Assembly (NCBI GenBank): GCA_044228875.1
Contig: JBGAUA010000003.1
Span: forward strand, 8,401-72,400
DNA: 64,000 bases
Reading direction: 5' to 3'
From: Anaerolineae bacterium
Lineage (GTDB): Bacteria; Chloroflexota; Anaerolineae; Epilineales; Epilineaceae
Shown here: positions 34,117 through 42,341 of the stretch, in pieces
How positions within the stretch are numbered: the stretch's first letter is position 1
Layout of the letters: each line of letters opens with the position of its first letter
Notes under the pieces: generated by a model
Told to the model about the DNA's origin: nothing
Seen by the model: only the letters and a program-made list of their open reading frames with translations
The model's database searches: none
Program-made: the position numbers and the translations under genes

Positions 34117-34740
34117 TCAGGCTTGAGGGCCTGCTTCCGCACCCGCCTTGCCCGCGGCGGCGGCACTGCCCGCCACCTGCTCCCGGATGCCCAGCACCTG
34201 CGCCAGCATCGGGAAGGCCGCGGCCCACATGAAGCCGTCCTTGATGGCCGCGAAGACGAACTGCGGCGTCAGCGTCACCTGCTTCACCGCCACCGCCTGC
34301 GCCGCGGCGTAGGACACGATGCCCAGGGCCAGGGAGATGCCCAGGATCTGCCTGCGGATATGCTTCGGCAGGACGCCGGCCATCGCCGCCAGCCAGAAGC
34401 TGAGCAGCACGCCCAACACCTCCGCGCCCAGGCCGCCCAGATGAGCGCCCCAGGTGCTCGTCAGGGAATGCTCCGCCTGGGGCACCAGCAGCACCTGCCC
34501 CGGCTTGATCTCCAACTGGGCCGGATCCGCCATGGCGTTGGCCTCGGCCAACTGGATCGGCGCCACCTCGAAGGCGCTGGCGATCGTCGCCGCGGTGTCG
34601 CCGGCCTGCACGGTGTAGCGCGTCACCGTCTCCACCGCGTCGGCCGGCACATGGGGCATGAAGTCCCGCGTCCACCAGGCCAGGGAAACGATCAACATCA
34701 GGCAGAGCCCCGCCGCAAGGTATAGCGCCGCCTTTCTCAT
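34117..34740 (-). CDS. LysM domain-containing polytopic membrane protein
   Basis: N-terminal TM MRKAALYLAAGLCLMLIVSLAWW. LysM YTVQAGDTAATIASAFEVAPIQLAEANAMADPAQLEIKPGQVLLVP. Then 3-4 predicted TM helices. ATG 34740 overlaps the upstream stop (ATGA). Confidence 0.8.
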   Translation of the reverse strand: MRKAALYLAAGLCLMLIVSLAWWTRDFMPHVPADAVETVTRYTVQAGDTAATIASAFEVAPIQLAEANAMADPAQLEIKPGQVLLVPQAEHSLTSTWGAHLGGLGAEVLGVLLSFWLAAMAGVLPKHIRRQILGISLALGIVSYAAAQAVAVKQVTLTPQFVFAAIKDGFMWAAAFPMLAQVLGIREQVAGSAAAAGKAGAEAGPQA

Positions 34741-34925
34741 CCCCGGCCTCCGCCCTGCAGGGCCGAGCCCACCATCCCCAAGGTCAGCCAGGCTGCCACC
34801 GCCAGCAGGGTCAGTCCGGCCACCGCGTTTACCGCGGCCAGTCCCGCGCCGGCCACCCAAAGCACGGCCAGTAGCAGAAAAGCACCCACCACCTGCCGCG
34901 GGGCCCAGGCCAATCGCTCGTTCAT
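34737..34925 (-). CDS. small (62 aa) two-TM membrane protein, translationally coupled to the LysM protein
   Basis: MNERLAWAPRQVVGAFLLLAVLWVAGAGLAAVNAVAGLTLLAVAAWLTLGMVG. AAGGAG lies 8 nt upstream of ATG 34925. There is a 4-nt ATGA overlap with the next gene. Confidence 0.5.
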   Translation of the reverse strand: MNERLAWAPRQVVGAFLLLAVLWVAGAGLAAVNAVAGLTLLAVAAWLTLGMVGSALQGGGRG

Positions 34926-34989
34926 CCTTCGCACTCCTTAACATTGTGCTCTTGTGCAACATGCCGATCGGCTGGCATCCGACCAGGCT

Positions 34990-36423
34990 TCAGCGACCCA
35001 CCAGACGCAGAACCTTGGCTGCGGTCCGGAGCAGGATCCAGCCGTCCAAGAGCAGTGAACGGTGCTTGATATAGTACAGATCGTACTGCAGTTTGAGAAG
35101 CGCGTCGTCCGTGGACGCGGCGTAGTCCTGGTGGACGGCCGCCCAGCCCGTCAGCCCCGGCGCCACCGCGTGGCGGGCGCGGTAGAAGGGAATGACCTCC
35201 GCCAGCCGGGCTACGAACTCCGGCCGCTCCGGCCGCGGCCCGATCAGGCTCATCTCCCCGCGCAGGATGTTGAAGGCCTGCGGCAACTCGTCCAGGCGCG
35301 AGCGGCGCAGCCAGCGCCCCAGCCGGGTGACCCGCGGATCCGCGGCCGCCGCCCACCGCGGCCCCGCAGCCTCAGCGCCCGGCTGCATCGTCCGCAGCTT
35401 GTAGAGGGTGAAGGGCCGCCCTCCGCGACCGAGCCGCGTCTGACGGAAGAGAATCGGCCCCGGGCTGTCCAACCAGATCAGGGGGGCCAGAAGCGGCAGG
35501 AGCAGCGCAAGGAAGGCCAGCCCGCCGAGGCCGGCGACGATGTCGCCGGCCCGCCGTCCCAAGCGGTACAAGCCTCTGGACTCCGGAAGACTGAGCGGCA
35601 GAACCACCGCCCATTGCTCGCCGATATGCTCCACCGGCACGCGACCGGTCAGCTGCTCGTAGAGCAGGGGCATGGGGGTGAGCGCAACCCCTTGCTCCTG
35701 GGCATCCAGCACGGCACGGAAGAGGCCGGCCTCCATGCCGTGGGTAATGGCCAGCACCACCTCTGTGACACCCAGATCACGAATGCCGGTCAGGAGGGAC
35801 TCGCGGCCGCCCAGGACCGGGAGATCCGCCACCTGGCGCCCGGCCAGTTCCGGGTCGTCGTCGATGAAGCCGACCACCTCGTAGAGCGGCGCCGCCTCGG
35901 CGCGGACAGCCGCCAGGATCGTCCGTCCGGCCTCGCCGGCGCCGACGATGATCAGCCGCGTGCGGAAGGCGCGGCGCTCGACCACCGCCAGGAAGGCCAG
36001 CCGCCAGAAGGGCAGGGCGAGTGCCGAACCCAGGGCGAAGAAGACCGCCACGTGCCGGACCAGGGTCCAGGGCGGGGGGATGAAGTAGGCAAGGGCCCAG
36101 AGGAGCAGCAGCTGGCCACCGACCGTCAACGGACCCACGAAGGCCAGCAGGCGGCGACGGGGGCGTCCCAGCTCGTAGAGGCCGTTGGCCCAGGCCAGGG
36201 CCAGCCAGAGCGGCAGAAGCAGAGCCAACCAGCGCAGGTACTCGCCCGCGAAGGGCCGTTCCGCCCAGTTCCACCCGGAGCGCAGACCGCCCATGCGCAG
36301 GGCAAGCGCGAGCAGGGCCGCCAGCAGAAGGAAGTCGCCGCCGGCAAGGATGGCCTGACGGCTGCGCCGGTCCAGGGGGAGAAAGGATGGCGCGTTCGCC
36401 GCCGCCGCGGGCGCGGCGCTCAA
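34990..36423 (-). CDS. polyprenyl-phosphate sugar phosphotransferase (WbaP/EpsB-type), copy 2
   Basis: SPGPILFRQTRLGRGGRPFTLYKLRTM...DELPQAFNILRGEMSLIGPRPERPEF, with a RLIIVGAGEAGRTIL linker. Start placed at TTG 36423 (TTGA overlap with the upstream stop). The upstream ATGs at 36495 and 36534 lie inside the preceding GT2 gene and translate to A/G/R/P-rich junk. Confidence 0.9.
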   Translation of the reverse strand: MSAAPAAAANAPSFLPLDRRSRQAILAGGDFLLLAALLALALRMGGLRSGWNWAERPFAGEYLRWLALLLPLWLALAWANGLYELGRPRRRLLAFVGPLTVGGQLLLLWALAYFIPPPWTLVRHVAVFFALGSALALPFWRLAFLAVVERRAFRTRLIIVGAGEAGRTILAAVRAEAAPLYEVVGFIDDDPELAGRQVADLPVLGGRESLLTGIRDLGVTEVVLAITHGMEAGLFRAVLDAQEQGVALTPMPLLYEQLTGRVPVEHIGEQWAVVLPLSLPESRGLYRLGRRAGDIVAGLGGLAFLALLLPLLAPLIWLDSPGPILFRQTRLGRGGRPFTLYKLRTMQPGAEAAGPRWAAAADPRVTRLGRWLRRSRLDELPQAFNILRGEMSLIGPRPERPEFVARLAEVIPFYRARHAVAPGLTGWAAVHQDYAASTDDALLKLQYDLYYIKHRSLLLDGWILLRTAAKVLRLVGR

Positions 36424-37439
36424 AACGCGTCCCGCCGCCGCGTGGCGCGGGTCGCCGGCGCGTCCAGGGCCTCCCGCCAGAAGCCCAGCCCCCATGAAAG
36501 ATGCATGCACAACAGGACGGGCGGCAGCAGGCACACGTCACGCAAGGCCGCCCGACGCCGCAGCTGCCAGGCGGCTGCCAGCAGGGCCAGCAGGTAGGCC
36601 GCCGGGAGCGTCGCCAACCAGAGCCGCAACGCCGGTCGGATGACGGCCAGGAACAGCGCCAACGACAGGAAGGCGACCCACAGCGCTGGCAGCAGCTGCC
36701 GCCAACGCAAGGAGCCGCGGTGCTTGCGCCAGGTGGCGGCCCGGCCCCGGCCGTAGCCCCAGTACTGGCGCACCAGGCCGGCGGCGCTGCCACGGGTCAG
36801 GGTGCTGCTGCGGATCGCCGGGTCCAGCCACACCGTTCCGCCGGCCGCGCGGATGCGCAGGGCCAGCTCGTAGTCCTGGTTACGCTCCAATGCCTCGTCA
36901 AAGCCGCCCAGGCGCGCGAGCGTCGCGCGCGGCCAGGCGCCCAGGTAGACCGTGTCCACCGGCCCCACCCCGCCGCGGCGGAAGGCGGCGTCGCCGGCGC
37001 CCAGAGGATGGGTCCAGGCCAGGGCCACCGCCCGACCCCAGGCCGTCGCGCCCCGCCCACGCAGACCCCCGCCCACGCAGTCGGCGCCCGTGGTATCGAG
37101 GGCCGCAAGGCAGGCCGTCACGTAGTCCGGGGCCGGCAGGGCATGGGCATCGAGGCGCAGGATCACCGCGCCGCGGGCGGCGGCCAGGGCGGCGTTCAGT
37201 CCCGCCGGCGTGCTGCCGGCGGCATTGTCCACCCAACGAATGGGGCAGTCCGCACACCGGCGCTCGTCGGCCAGGGCCACTGCCCTCGTCGCCCCGTCCC
37301 CCGGCAGGCCGGCAACGAGAATCTCCAGTCCCCCTGCCGGCCGCTCGCCGGCCAGGAGGGCGTCCAGGCAGAGGCCGAGGACCGCCCCAGCGTCACGGGC
37401 GGGAATGATCACCGAGACAGCAGGCGCCGTCGCGCTCAT
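36420..37439 (-). CDS. glycosyltransferase family 2 protein with C-terminal TM helices
   Basis: VSVIIPARDAGAVLGLCLDALL...ILRLDAHALPAPDY...FDEALERNQDYELALR. ATG 37439 overlaps the upstream stop (ATGA). The longer track ORF (to 38513) is out of frame with the real upstream gene. Confidence 0.85.
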   Translation of the reverse strand: MSATAPAVSVIIPARDAGAVLGLCLDALLAGERPAGGLEILVAGLPGDGATRAVALADERRCADCPIRWVDNAAGSTPAGLNAALAAARGAVILRLDAHALPAPDYVTACLAALDTTGADCVGGGLRGRGATAWGRAVALAWTHPLGAGDAAFRRGGVGPVDTVYLGAWPRATLARLGGFDEALERNQDYELALRIRAAGGTVWLDPAIRSSTLTRGSAAGLVRQYWGYGRGRAATWRKHRGSLRWRQLLPALWVAFLSLALFLAVIRPALRLWLATLPAAYLLALLAAAWQLRRRAALRDVCLLPPVLLCMHLSWGLGFWREALDAPATRATRRRDAF

Positions 37440-38680
37440 CGGCGACCGACCGCGATCCCTGATTGCCGCGGCGCCGCGGTCTGCGCGCGCCGGTAGACCG
37501 CGTCCGTGGCCCGCGCGGCATGATCCCAGGTCCAGGCCGCGGCCACGGCCAAGGTCTGGGATTCCAGCCGCCGCCGCCAGGCTGAATCGGCAAGCAAGCC
37601 GGCGAGGCCGGCCGCCAGGGCTGCCGGGTCTCCAGGCCGCACCAGCAAGCCGCCGCCGTCGGCAAGGGCCTCCGGCAGGCCGCCGACGGCGGTGGCCAGC
37701 ACCGCCCGCCCGCGGCCGCGTGCCGCCGCCAGCACCGCGCTCATGTCGATGTCGCGGTAGGGCAGCACCACCAGGTCCGCGGCGGCGAAGGCCATGTCTC
37801 GCTCCGCCCGCGGCAGGTAGCCGCTCTGGAAGTCGACCGCTGCCGCGCCGCCGGCCCGATCCACCCGCCGCTGCCAGTCCGCCAGGGCGGCCGCGCCGCC
37901 CGCCACCGCCCCACGGACCATCAACCGCGCCGCCGGTAGGCCGGCGCGGACCGCCGGCCAGGCATCCAGGAGCTGGTCCAGGCCCTTGTAGGGACGCACA
38001 TGGCCCAGGAAGAGCGCCAGGGGGACCGCGGGGTCGATGCCCAGGACCATCCGCGCGGTGACGCGGTCGACGGGCGTCGTCACCGGATCGGCCGGCATGG
38101 GCACGACGGTCACCGGTGGGGCAGCCGCTCCCAGAAGGTTCGCCATGCGCTGTCGCGAGACCTCGCAGTGGACGATCAAGGCCCCGGCGCTGCGGTAGAG
38201 CCGACGCCAGACCACGGCCTGGCCGGCATGCCTCTCGTGGGGCAGGACGTTGTGCGCGGTGTAGACCGCGGCCCGGCCGCGAGCCCGGGCGACGGCCAGG
38301 GACGCAGCATCGACCAGCGGCGCCAGGCTCCATTGCTGGTGGAACACGCCACCCCGCCCCCGGCGATTCTCCAGCCGCCGCAGGGCGACCAGTTCCAGCG
38401 GATAGGTCAGGAGGCGGGCCAGGCGGCGTGGCAACGGTCGCGATCGCAGGAGGCCGGCGGCCCGGCTCGGCCCGGACAGCCAGGGAGCAAAGGCGGTCAG
38501 GACCTCGGCGCATTCCGGAGCCTGGGCCCGGTCCGCCAGCAGCGGCGCGGCGGCGAAGGTGACACGCCAGCCGGCGCGCGTCATGGCCTCGGCCAGGAAC
38601 CGGTCGTAGTCGGGCACCTGGTGGGCGGGATCCACCATCAGCACCCGCCGGATGCCGGACGGCGCGGTGGCAGCGGCCAT
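37436..38680 (-). CDS. glycosyltransferase family 4 (GT-B) protein
   Basis: RVLMVDPAHQVPDYDRFLAEAM...VYTAHNVLPHE...VLPYRDIDMSAVLAAARGRGRAVLATAVGGLPEAL (E-x7-E-like C-terminal motif). Confidence 0.85.
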   Translation of the reverse strand: MAAATAPSGIRRVLMVDPAHQVPDYDRFLAEAMTRAGWRVTFAAAPLLADRAQAPECAEVLTAFAPWLSGPSRAAGLLRSRPLPRRLARLLTYPLELVALRRLENRRGRGGVFHQQWSLAPLVDAASLAVARARGRAAVYTAHNVLPHERHAGQAVVWRRLYRSAGALIVHCEVSRQRMANLLGAAAPPVTVVPMPADPVTTPVDRVTARMVLGIDPAVPLALFLGHVRPYKGLDQLLDAWPAVRAGLPAARLMVRGAVAGGAAALADWQRRVDRAGGAAAVDFQSGYLPRAERDMAFAAADLVVLPYRDIDMSAVLAAARGRGRAVLATAVGGLPEALADGGGLLVRPGDPAALAAGLAGLLADSAWRRRLESQTLAVAAAWTWDHAARATDAVYRRAQTAAPRQSGIAVGRR

Positions 38681-38687
38681 GGTCGCT

Positions 38688-39845
38688 TCAGCCTGTCCGC
38701 TCGGCCAGGATCGTGTGGTAGAGGGAGGCCAGCCGCCGTGCGGCATGGCCCGGCGAGCAATGCAGGCCGACATGGCGCCGGGCGGCCTCGCCCAGGCGGC
38801 CGGCTTGCTCCGGGTTGTCCACGAGGGCCAGCAGCCGCTCGGCCAGCTTGTCGGGGGAGCGCGGTGGGATCAGAAGGCCCGTCTCGCCGTCCTTGACCAC
38901 ATCCGGCACGCCGCCCACCCGCGAAGCGACCACCGGTCGCGACAGGGCCATCGCTTCCAGAAGCACCACCGGCAGGCCCTCCTGCCGCGAGGGCAGCGCC
39001 ACCAGATCGCTCGCGGCCAGGAGCGAGGGCACGTCGGCACGATAGCCCAGGAAACGCAGGACACCCTCCAGTCCCAAGGCCCGGGCCTGAGCCTCCAAGT
39101 CCTGCCGCAGAGGCCCGTTGCCGGCGACGAGGAAGCGGGCCTGCGGCCGGAAGGTGTGCACCACCTGCGCGGCGATGAGAAAGTCATCGATGCCCTTCTG
39201 CGGCGAGAGCCGCCCGATCAGGCTGATGACCGTGGCGTCCAGCGGCAAGCCCAGCCGGGTGCGCACGGCCTGGGGGTCATCGGCTTCGGCGGCGATACGA
39301 TCGACATCGATGACATTGGGCACCAGGACCACCCGCCGCTCGTCCAGACCACGCGCCAGGAGCATCCTGCTCTGGTCGCGGGAGACGGTGACGACCCGGT
39401 CCGCGAGGCGCAGGAGGAACAGATCGATGGCCCGATACAGCCGCAGGCGGCGGGAGGTGCCGGTATGCAGATGCACCGTGGCCACCCAGGGCAGGGCCCG
39501 GTCGGAGCGCCGCGCGGCCAGACCACCCAGGATGTTGCTCTTGTAGTCGTGGGTATGCAGCACGTCGGCGCCGCTCCCCTGCACCCGCCGGGCCACCCGG
39601 CGGGCCAGGCCCAGGCTGAACGGCCCGGGGTCTTCCATCTGCTCCGCCTCGAGGCCCCGCTCACGGGCGCGCTCCAGCCAGGGATGCAGCTCCGACCCGC
39701 CGTCCGGAGCGCGGTAGAGCGCCAGGATACGGGTGGCCACGGCGTAGTCCCGCAGGGCGTCCACCAGCAGCAGCAAGGCCTGCTCCGGCCCGTAGGACTG
39801 GGTTGAGCTGCGAACGTTGAGCACGGCCAGCGGCGGGCGGTTCAC
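38688..39845 (-). CDS. glycosyltransferase family 4 (GT-B) protein
   Basis: DVLHTHDYKSNILGG...GRLSPQKGIDDFL...VALPSRQEGLPVVLLEAMALSRPVVASRVGGVPDVV. GTG start in a GTGA overlap with the upstream stop. Confidence 0.9.
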   Translation of the reverse strand: MNRPPLAVLNVRSSTQSYGPEQALLLLVDALRDYAVATRILALYRAPDGGSELHPWLERARERGLEAEQMEDPGPFSLGLARRVARRVQGSGADVLHTHDYKSNILGGLAARRSDRALPWVATVHLHTGTSRRLRLYRAIDLFLLRLADRVVTVSRDQSRMLLARGLDERRVVLVPNVIDVDRIAAEADDPQAVRTRLGLPLDATVISLIGRLSPQKGIDDFLIAAQVVHTFRPQARFLVAGNGPLRQDLEAQARALGLEGVLRFLGYRADVPSLLAASDLVALPSRQEGLPVVLLEAMALSRPVVASRVGGVPDVVKDGETGLLIPPRSPDKLAERLLALVDNPEQAGRLGEAARRHVGLHCSPGHAARRLASLYHTILAERTG

Positions 39846-40999
39846 GCGGCGGCCCTCCGCCGATGGTCCAACGCCGCCAGCCAGTGGTCGTACTGGTCCT
39901 GGAGCGCCGCGGCATGCGCTTCGATGCTGAAGCGCTCCCGCGCCAGCGCCTGCCCGGCCGTCCCCATCCGTGCCCGACGGGCCGGATCCGTGATCAGGCT
40001 TCGAATGGCCGCGGCCAGCGCCGCGGGATCACGCGGCGGCACGAGCAACGCCGTGCTCCCGTCGTCCACCGCCTCGGCCACGCCTCCCACCCGCGTGGCG
40101 ACAACGGTCCGTCCCGCCGCCTGGGCCTCGAGCAATGCCAGGGGCAGGCCCTCGATGTCCGAGCCGAGGACCACCAGGTCGCAGGCGGCGTAGAGACGTG
40201 GGAGGTCGTCGCGCTGACCGAGGAACTGCACCCGGTCGGCCAGGCCGGCCGCCGCCGCGAGGGCCGGCAGCGTCGCGGTCAGGGGACCGTTGCCGGCGCA
40301 TAGGAGCCTCGGTCGCGGGAGGCAATCGGCCAACAGGACCATGGCGGCCAACAGGTCCGCGTGGCGCTTCTGGGGGTGGAGCCGGGCCGGCGTGAGGAGC
40401 AGCAGGTCATCGAGGGCCAGGCCCAAGGCGGACCGTGCGGCGCTGCGATCCTGCCCGCCGAAGGTCTCGAGCCGGATGCCGTTGGGCAACACCGCCACCC
40501 GACGGGGGTCGATGCCCTGGCGAACCAGCCAGGCGGCGTCGGCAGCGGAGACGGCCAGATAGCGTTGGCCGGGAAGGCGGTCCAGCAGCCGATCGGCCAG
40601 GCGGCGCGCCCGACCGGGCGCCAGGGGTCGGCAATGTTCGTGGGCGATGGTCAAGGGCAGGCCGGCCATGCGGGCGGCCAGGCGGGCATAGGGCGCCACG
40701 CGGCTGTAGAGCGGGGTCTGGACGATGGCTGCCCCGCTGGCACGCAAGGCGGCGGCCAACGCGAGCACCGCCCCCCCGTCGCGAGGGCCGCGCAACCGAC
40801 CCAGCACATGGACGGGAACGCCCATCGTCCGCGCCGCAGCCACCGAAGGGCCCTCGTCCCGGGCGCAGATGAGAACCGGACGGTAACGGGTGGGGTCGAG
40901 CCGCCGCCAGCCGTCCAGCGCCAGGCGTTGGGCGCCGCCCTGCCCGAAGTCCAGGAAGACATGGGCCACGGTCACCGGAACGCCCGGCACGGCGTTCAC
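39842..40999 (-). CDS. glycosyltransferase family 4 (GT-B) protein
   Basis: VAHVFLDFGQGGAQR...ARLHPQKRHADLL...VLGSDIEGLPLALLEAQAAGRTVVATRVGGVAEAV. GTG start in a GTGA overlap. Confidence 0.9.
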   Translation of the reverse strand: MNAVPGVPVTVAHVFLDFGQGGAQRLALDGWRRLDPTRYRPVLICARDEGPSVAAARTMGVPVHVLGRLRGPRDGGAVLALAAALRASGAAIVQTPLYSRVAPYARLAARMAGLPLTIAHEHCRPLAPGRARRLADRLLDRLPGQRYLAVSAADAAWLVRQGIDPRRVAVLPNGIRLETFGGQDRSAARSALGLALDDLLLLTPARLHPQKRHADLLAAMVLLADCLPRPRLLCAGNGPLTATLPALAAAAGLADRVQFLGQRDDLPRLYAACDLVVLGSDIEGLPLALLEAQAAGRTVVATRVGGVAEAVDDGSTALLVPPRDPAALAAAIRSLITDPARRARMGTAGQALARERFSIEAHAAALQDQYDHWLAALDHRRRAAA

Positions 41000-41403
41000 G
41001 AACGGAAGACCATGGCCACGCCGATGATGATCACCACCACGCCCAGGACCCGCTCAAGGGAGATCGTCTCCCCCAGCAGGTGGTGCGCGCTCAGGAGCAG
41101 CGGCAGGTAGCCCAGGGCCAACAGGGGATAGGCCCAGGACAGAGGCTCCCGCGACAGAACCCGGGTCCAGAACAGGGCGGCGACGAACGCGAGCCCATAG
41201 CCTCCGGTGAGCGCCGGAATGGTGAAGGCCTTCCAGAGCCCGGACAGGGAGAACTGCATCTCGCCGCCCATCTGGTTGGTGCCGTGCTTCATCAGCAGTT
41301 CGGCCACCTGGCCGATGGCGATGGCGACCAGCAGCAGCGCGAAGCTCCCCCAGCGTTGATCGGTTGGCATGGTTCTTAGGGTCTCCTGTGATTGCGCGCT
41401 CAC
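40996..41403 (-). CDS. small four-TM EamA/SMR-like (ArnE/ArnF-type) membrane protein, putative polyprenyl-phosphate-sugar flippase subunit
   Basis: WGSFALLLVAIAIGQVAELLMKHG...LSWAYPLLALGYLPLLLSAHHLLGETISLERVLGVVVIIIGVAMV (EamA half-domain pattern). GTG 41403 (GTGA overlap) or ATG 41370 as start. Confidence 0.65.
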   Translation of the reverse strand: MSAQSQETLRTMPTDQRWGSFALLLVAIAIGQVAELLMKHGTNQMGGEMQFSLSGLWKAFTIPALTGGYGLAFVAALFWTRVLSREPLSWAYPLLALGYLPLLLSAHHLLGETISLERVLGVVVIIIGVAMVFRS

Positions 41404-42158
41404 GCGACGCTGGATGATGGTGAACGACGCGCCGTGGCGATGACCGACAATCCGAAGGGCAGTCGATGGCCCGCGGCGATCCAGCGTCGCTCGACGTCGA
41501 GCACCGCGATCGCCAGCCGGTTTATCGGTTCTGGCGGGATGGTCAGGTCACGCGCCGGACCGGCCGGTGTGAAGCGCTCAGCGAAACGCCAGAGGATGGC
41601 CGCGCCGAGAAGCAGGCCGTTGGCGTAGGTCAACCGTTCGACCTCGAAGCCCGCCTGCCGCAGGCGATCCGCCAGCAGATGGGCGTTGTAGCGCTCGCGC
41701 GTGCCTACCTCGTCATCATGGCGGCCGCGCAGCCAATCATAGGCCGGCACTTGGATGAGCAGGCGCCCGCCCGGCCGAAGGATACGGTGGAATTCACGCA
41801 ACGCCGCCAGGTCGGAACCCACGGCCTGATGGTACACCACGTCCAAGGAGCTGACGCTGTCGAAGCTCTCCGACTTCAGAGGAAGCGCGGTGACCGTCGC
41901 CTGGCAGCGCTGCCGTATGCCGCGCCGCCCGGCCCAAAGGAGTGCATCGCGGTAGAGATCCACCGCGACCGCCGCCGGCGCTTCCGGCCGCGCCCGGGCC
42001 AGAGCCGCCAGCCAGCCGCCCGTGCCGCAGCCGGCGTCCAGCAACTCGCCGGGATCTCCCGTTCCCAGGAGCAGGCCCATGGCGGTCGCGCGCATGCCCA
42101 GGTACCACCAATGCAGATCCTCTACGCGGGCCAGGGTTCGATAGGCGGCTTGATTCAT
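41400..42158 (-). CDS. class I SAM-dependent methyltransferase
   Basis: HWWYLGMRATAMGLL...LLDAGCGTGGWLAAL (motif I)...FDSVSSLDVVYH...LRPGGRLLIQVP. Confidence 0.9.
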   Translation of the reverse strand: MNQAAYRTLARVEDLHWWYLGMRATAMGLLLGTGDPGELLDAGCGTGGWLAALARARPEAPAAVAVDLYRDALLWAGRRGIRQRCQATVTALPLKSESFDSVSSLDVVYHQAVGSDLAALREFHRILRPGGRLLIQVPAYDWLRGRHDDEVGTRERYNAHLLADRLRQAGFEVERLTYANGLLLGAAILWRFAERFTPAGPARDLTIPPEPINRLAIAVLDVERRWIAAGHRLPFGLSVIATARRSPSSSVA

Positions 42159-42231
42159 CGCTCAGAGATCTGCCTTGTCGCCGGGACCTGCAGGGGCTGT
42201 CGTGCCGGCTATCTTATCATCGCCCCCATCT

Positions 42232-42260
42232 TTGACCACCCTTGGGCCGGATCCTATAGT
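42232..42260 (+). promoter_or_regulatory. sigma-70-type promoter candidate (TTGACC-17-TATAGT) for the GT-C/GT2/FemAB/YdjC operon
   Basis: TTGACC at 42232-42237 and TATAGT at 42255-42260 with exactly 17-nt spacing, about 80 nt upstream of ATG 42342. The complementary strand offers TGGTCA-16-TAAGAT for the divergent methyltransferase operon. Confidence 0.55.
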
Positions 42261-42341
42261 CTGCGCGGTGGCTTCCTTCTCGCATCCAGCAGGCCTCGCC
42301 CGCTCTCGGCCAGGGCCTTCAGCTGTCTTCTCGTCGAAGTC

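Noticed and set aside
33810-34126. Small ORFs 33810..34028 (+, 72 aa) and 33926..34126 (+, 66 aa) in the spacer.
   Set aside because: They have no SD, Arg/Pro/Gly-rich composition and no motif, and they overlap the repeat array. They are probably non-coding.
41466-42341. N-terminal 292-aa extension of the GT-C ORF (track 41466..44078). Likewise 15121..15504 for CotH, 43781..44074 for the GT2, 44482..45138 for FemAB and 32685..33068 for DUF4180.
   Set aside because: The extensions overlap upstream genes (antisense or out of frame) and have junk composition. Internal starts that follow the upstream stop codon, often as 4-nt overlaps, fit the domain boundaries.
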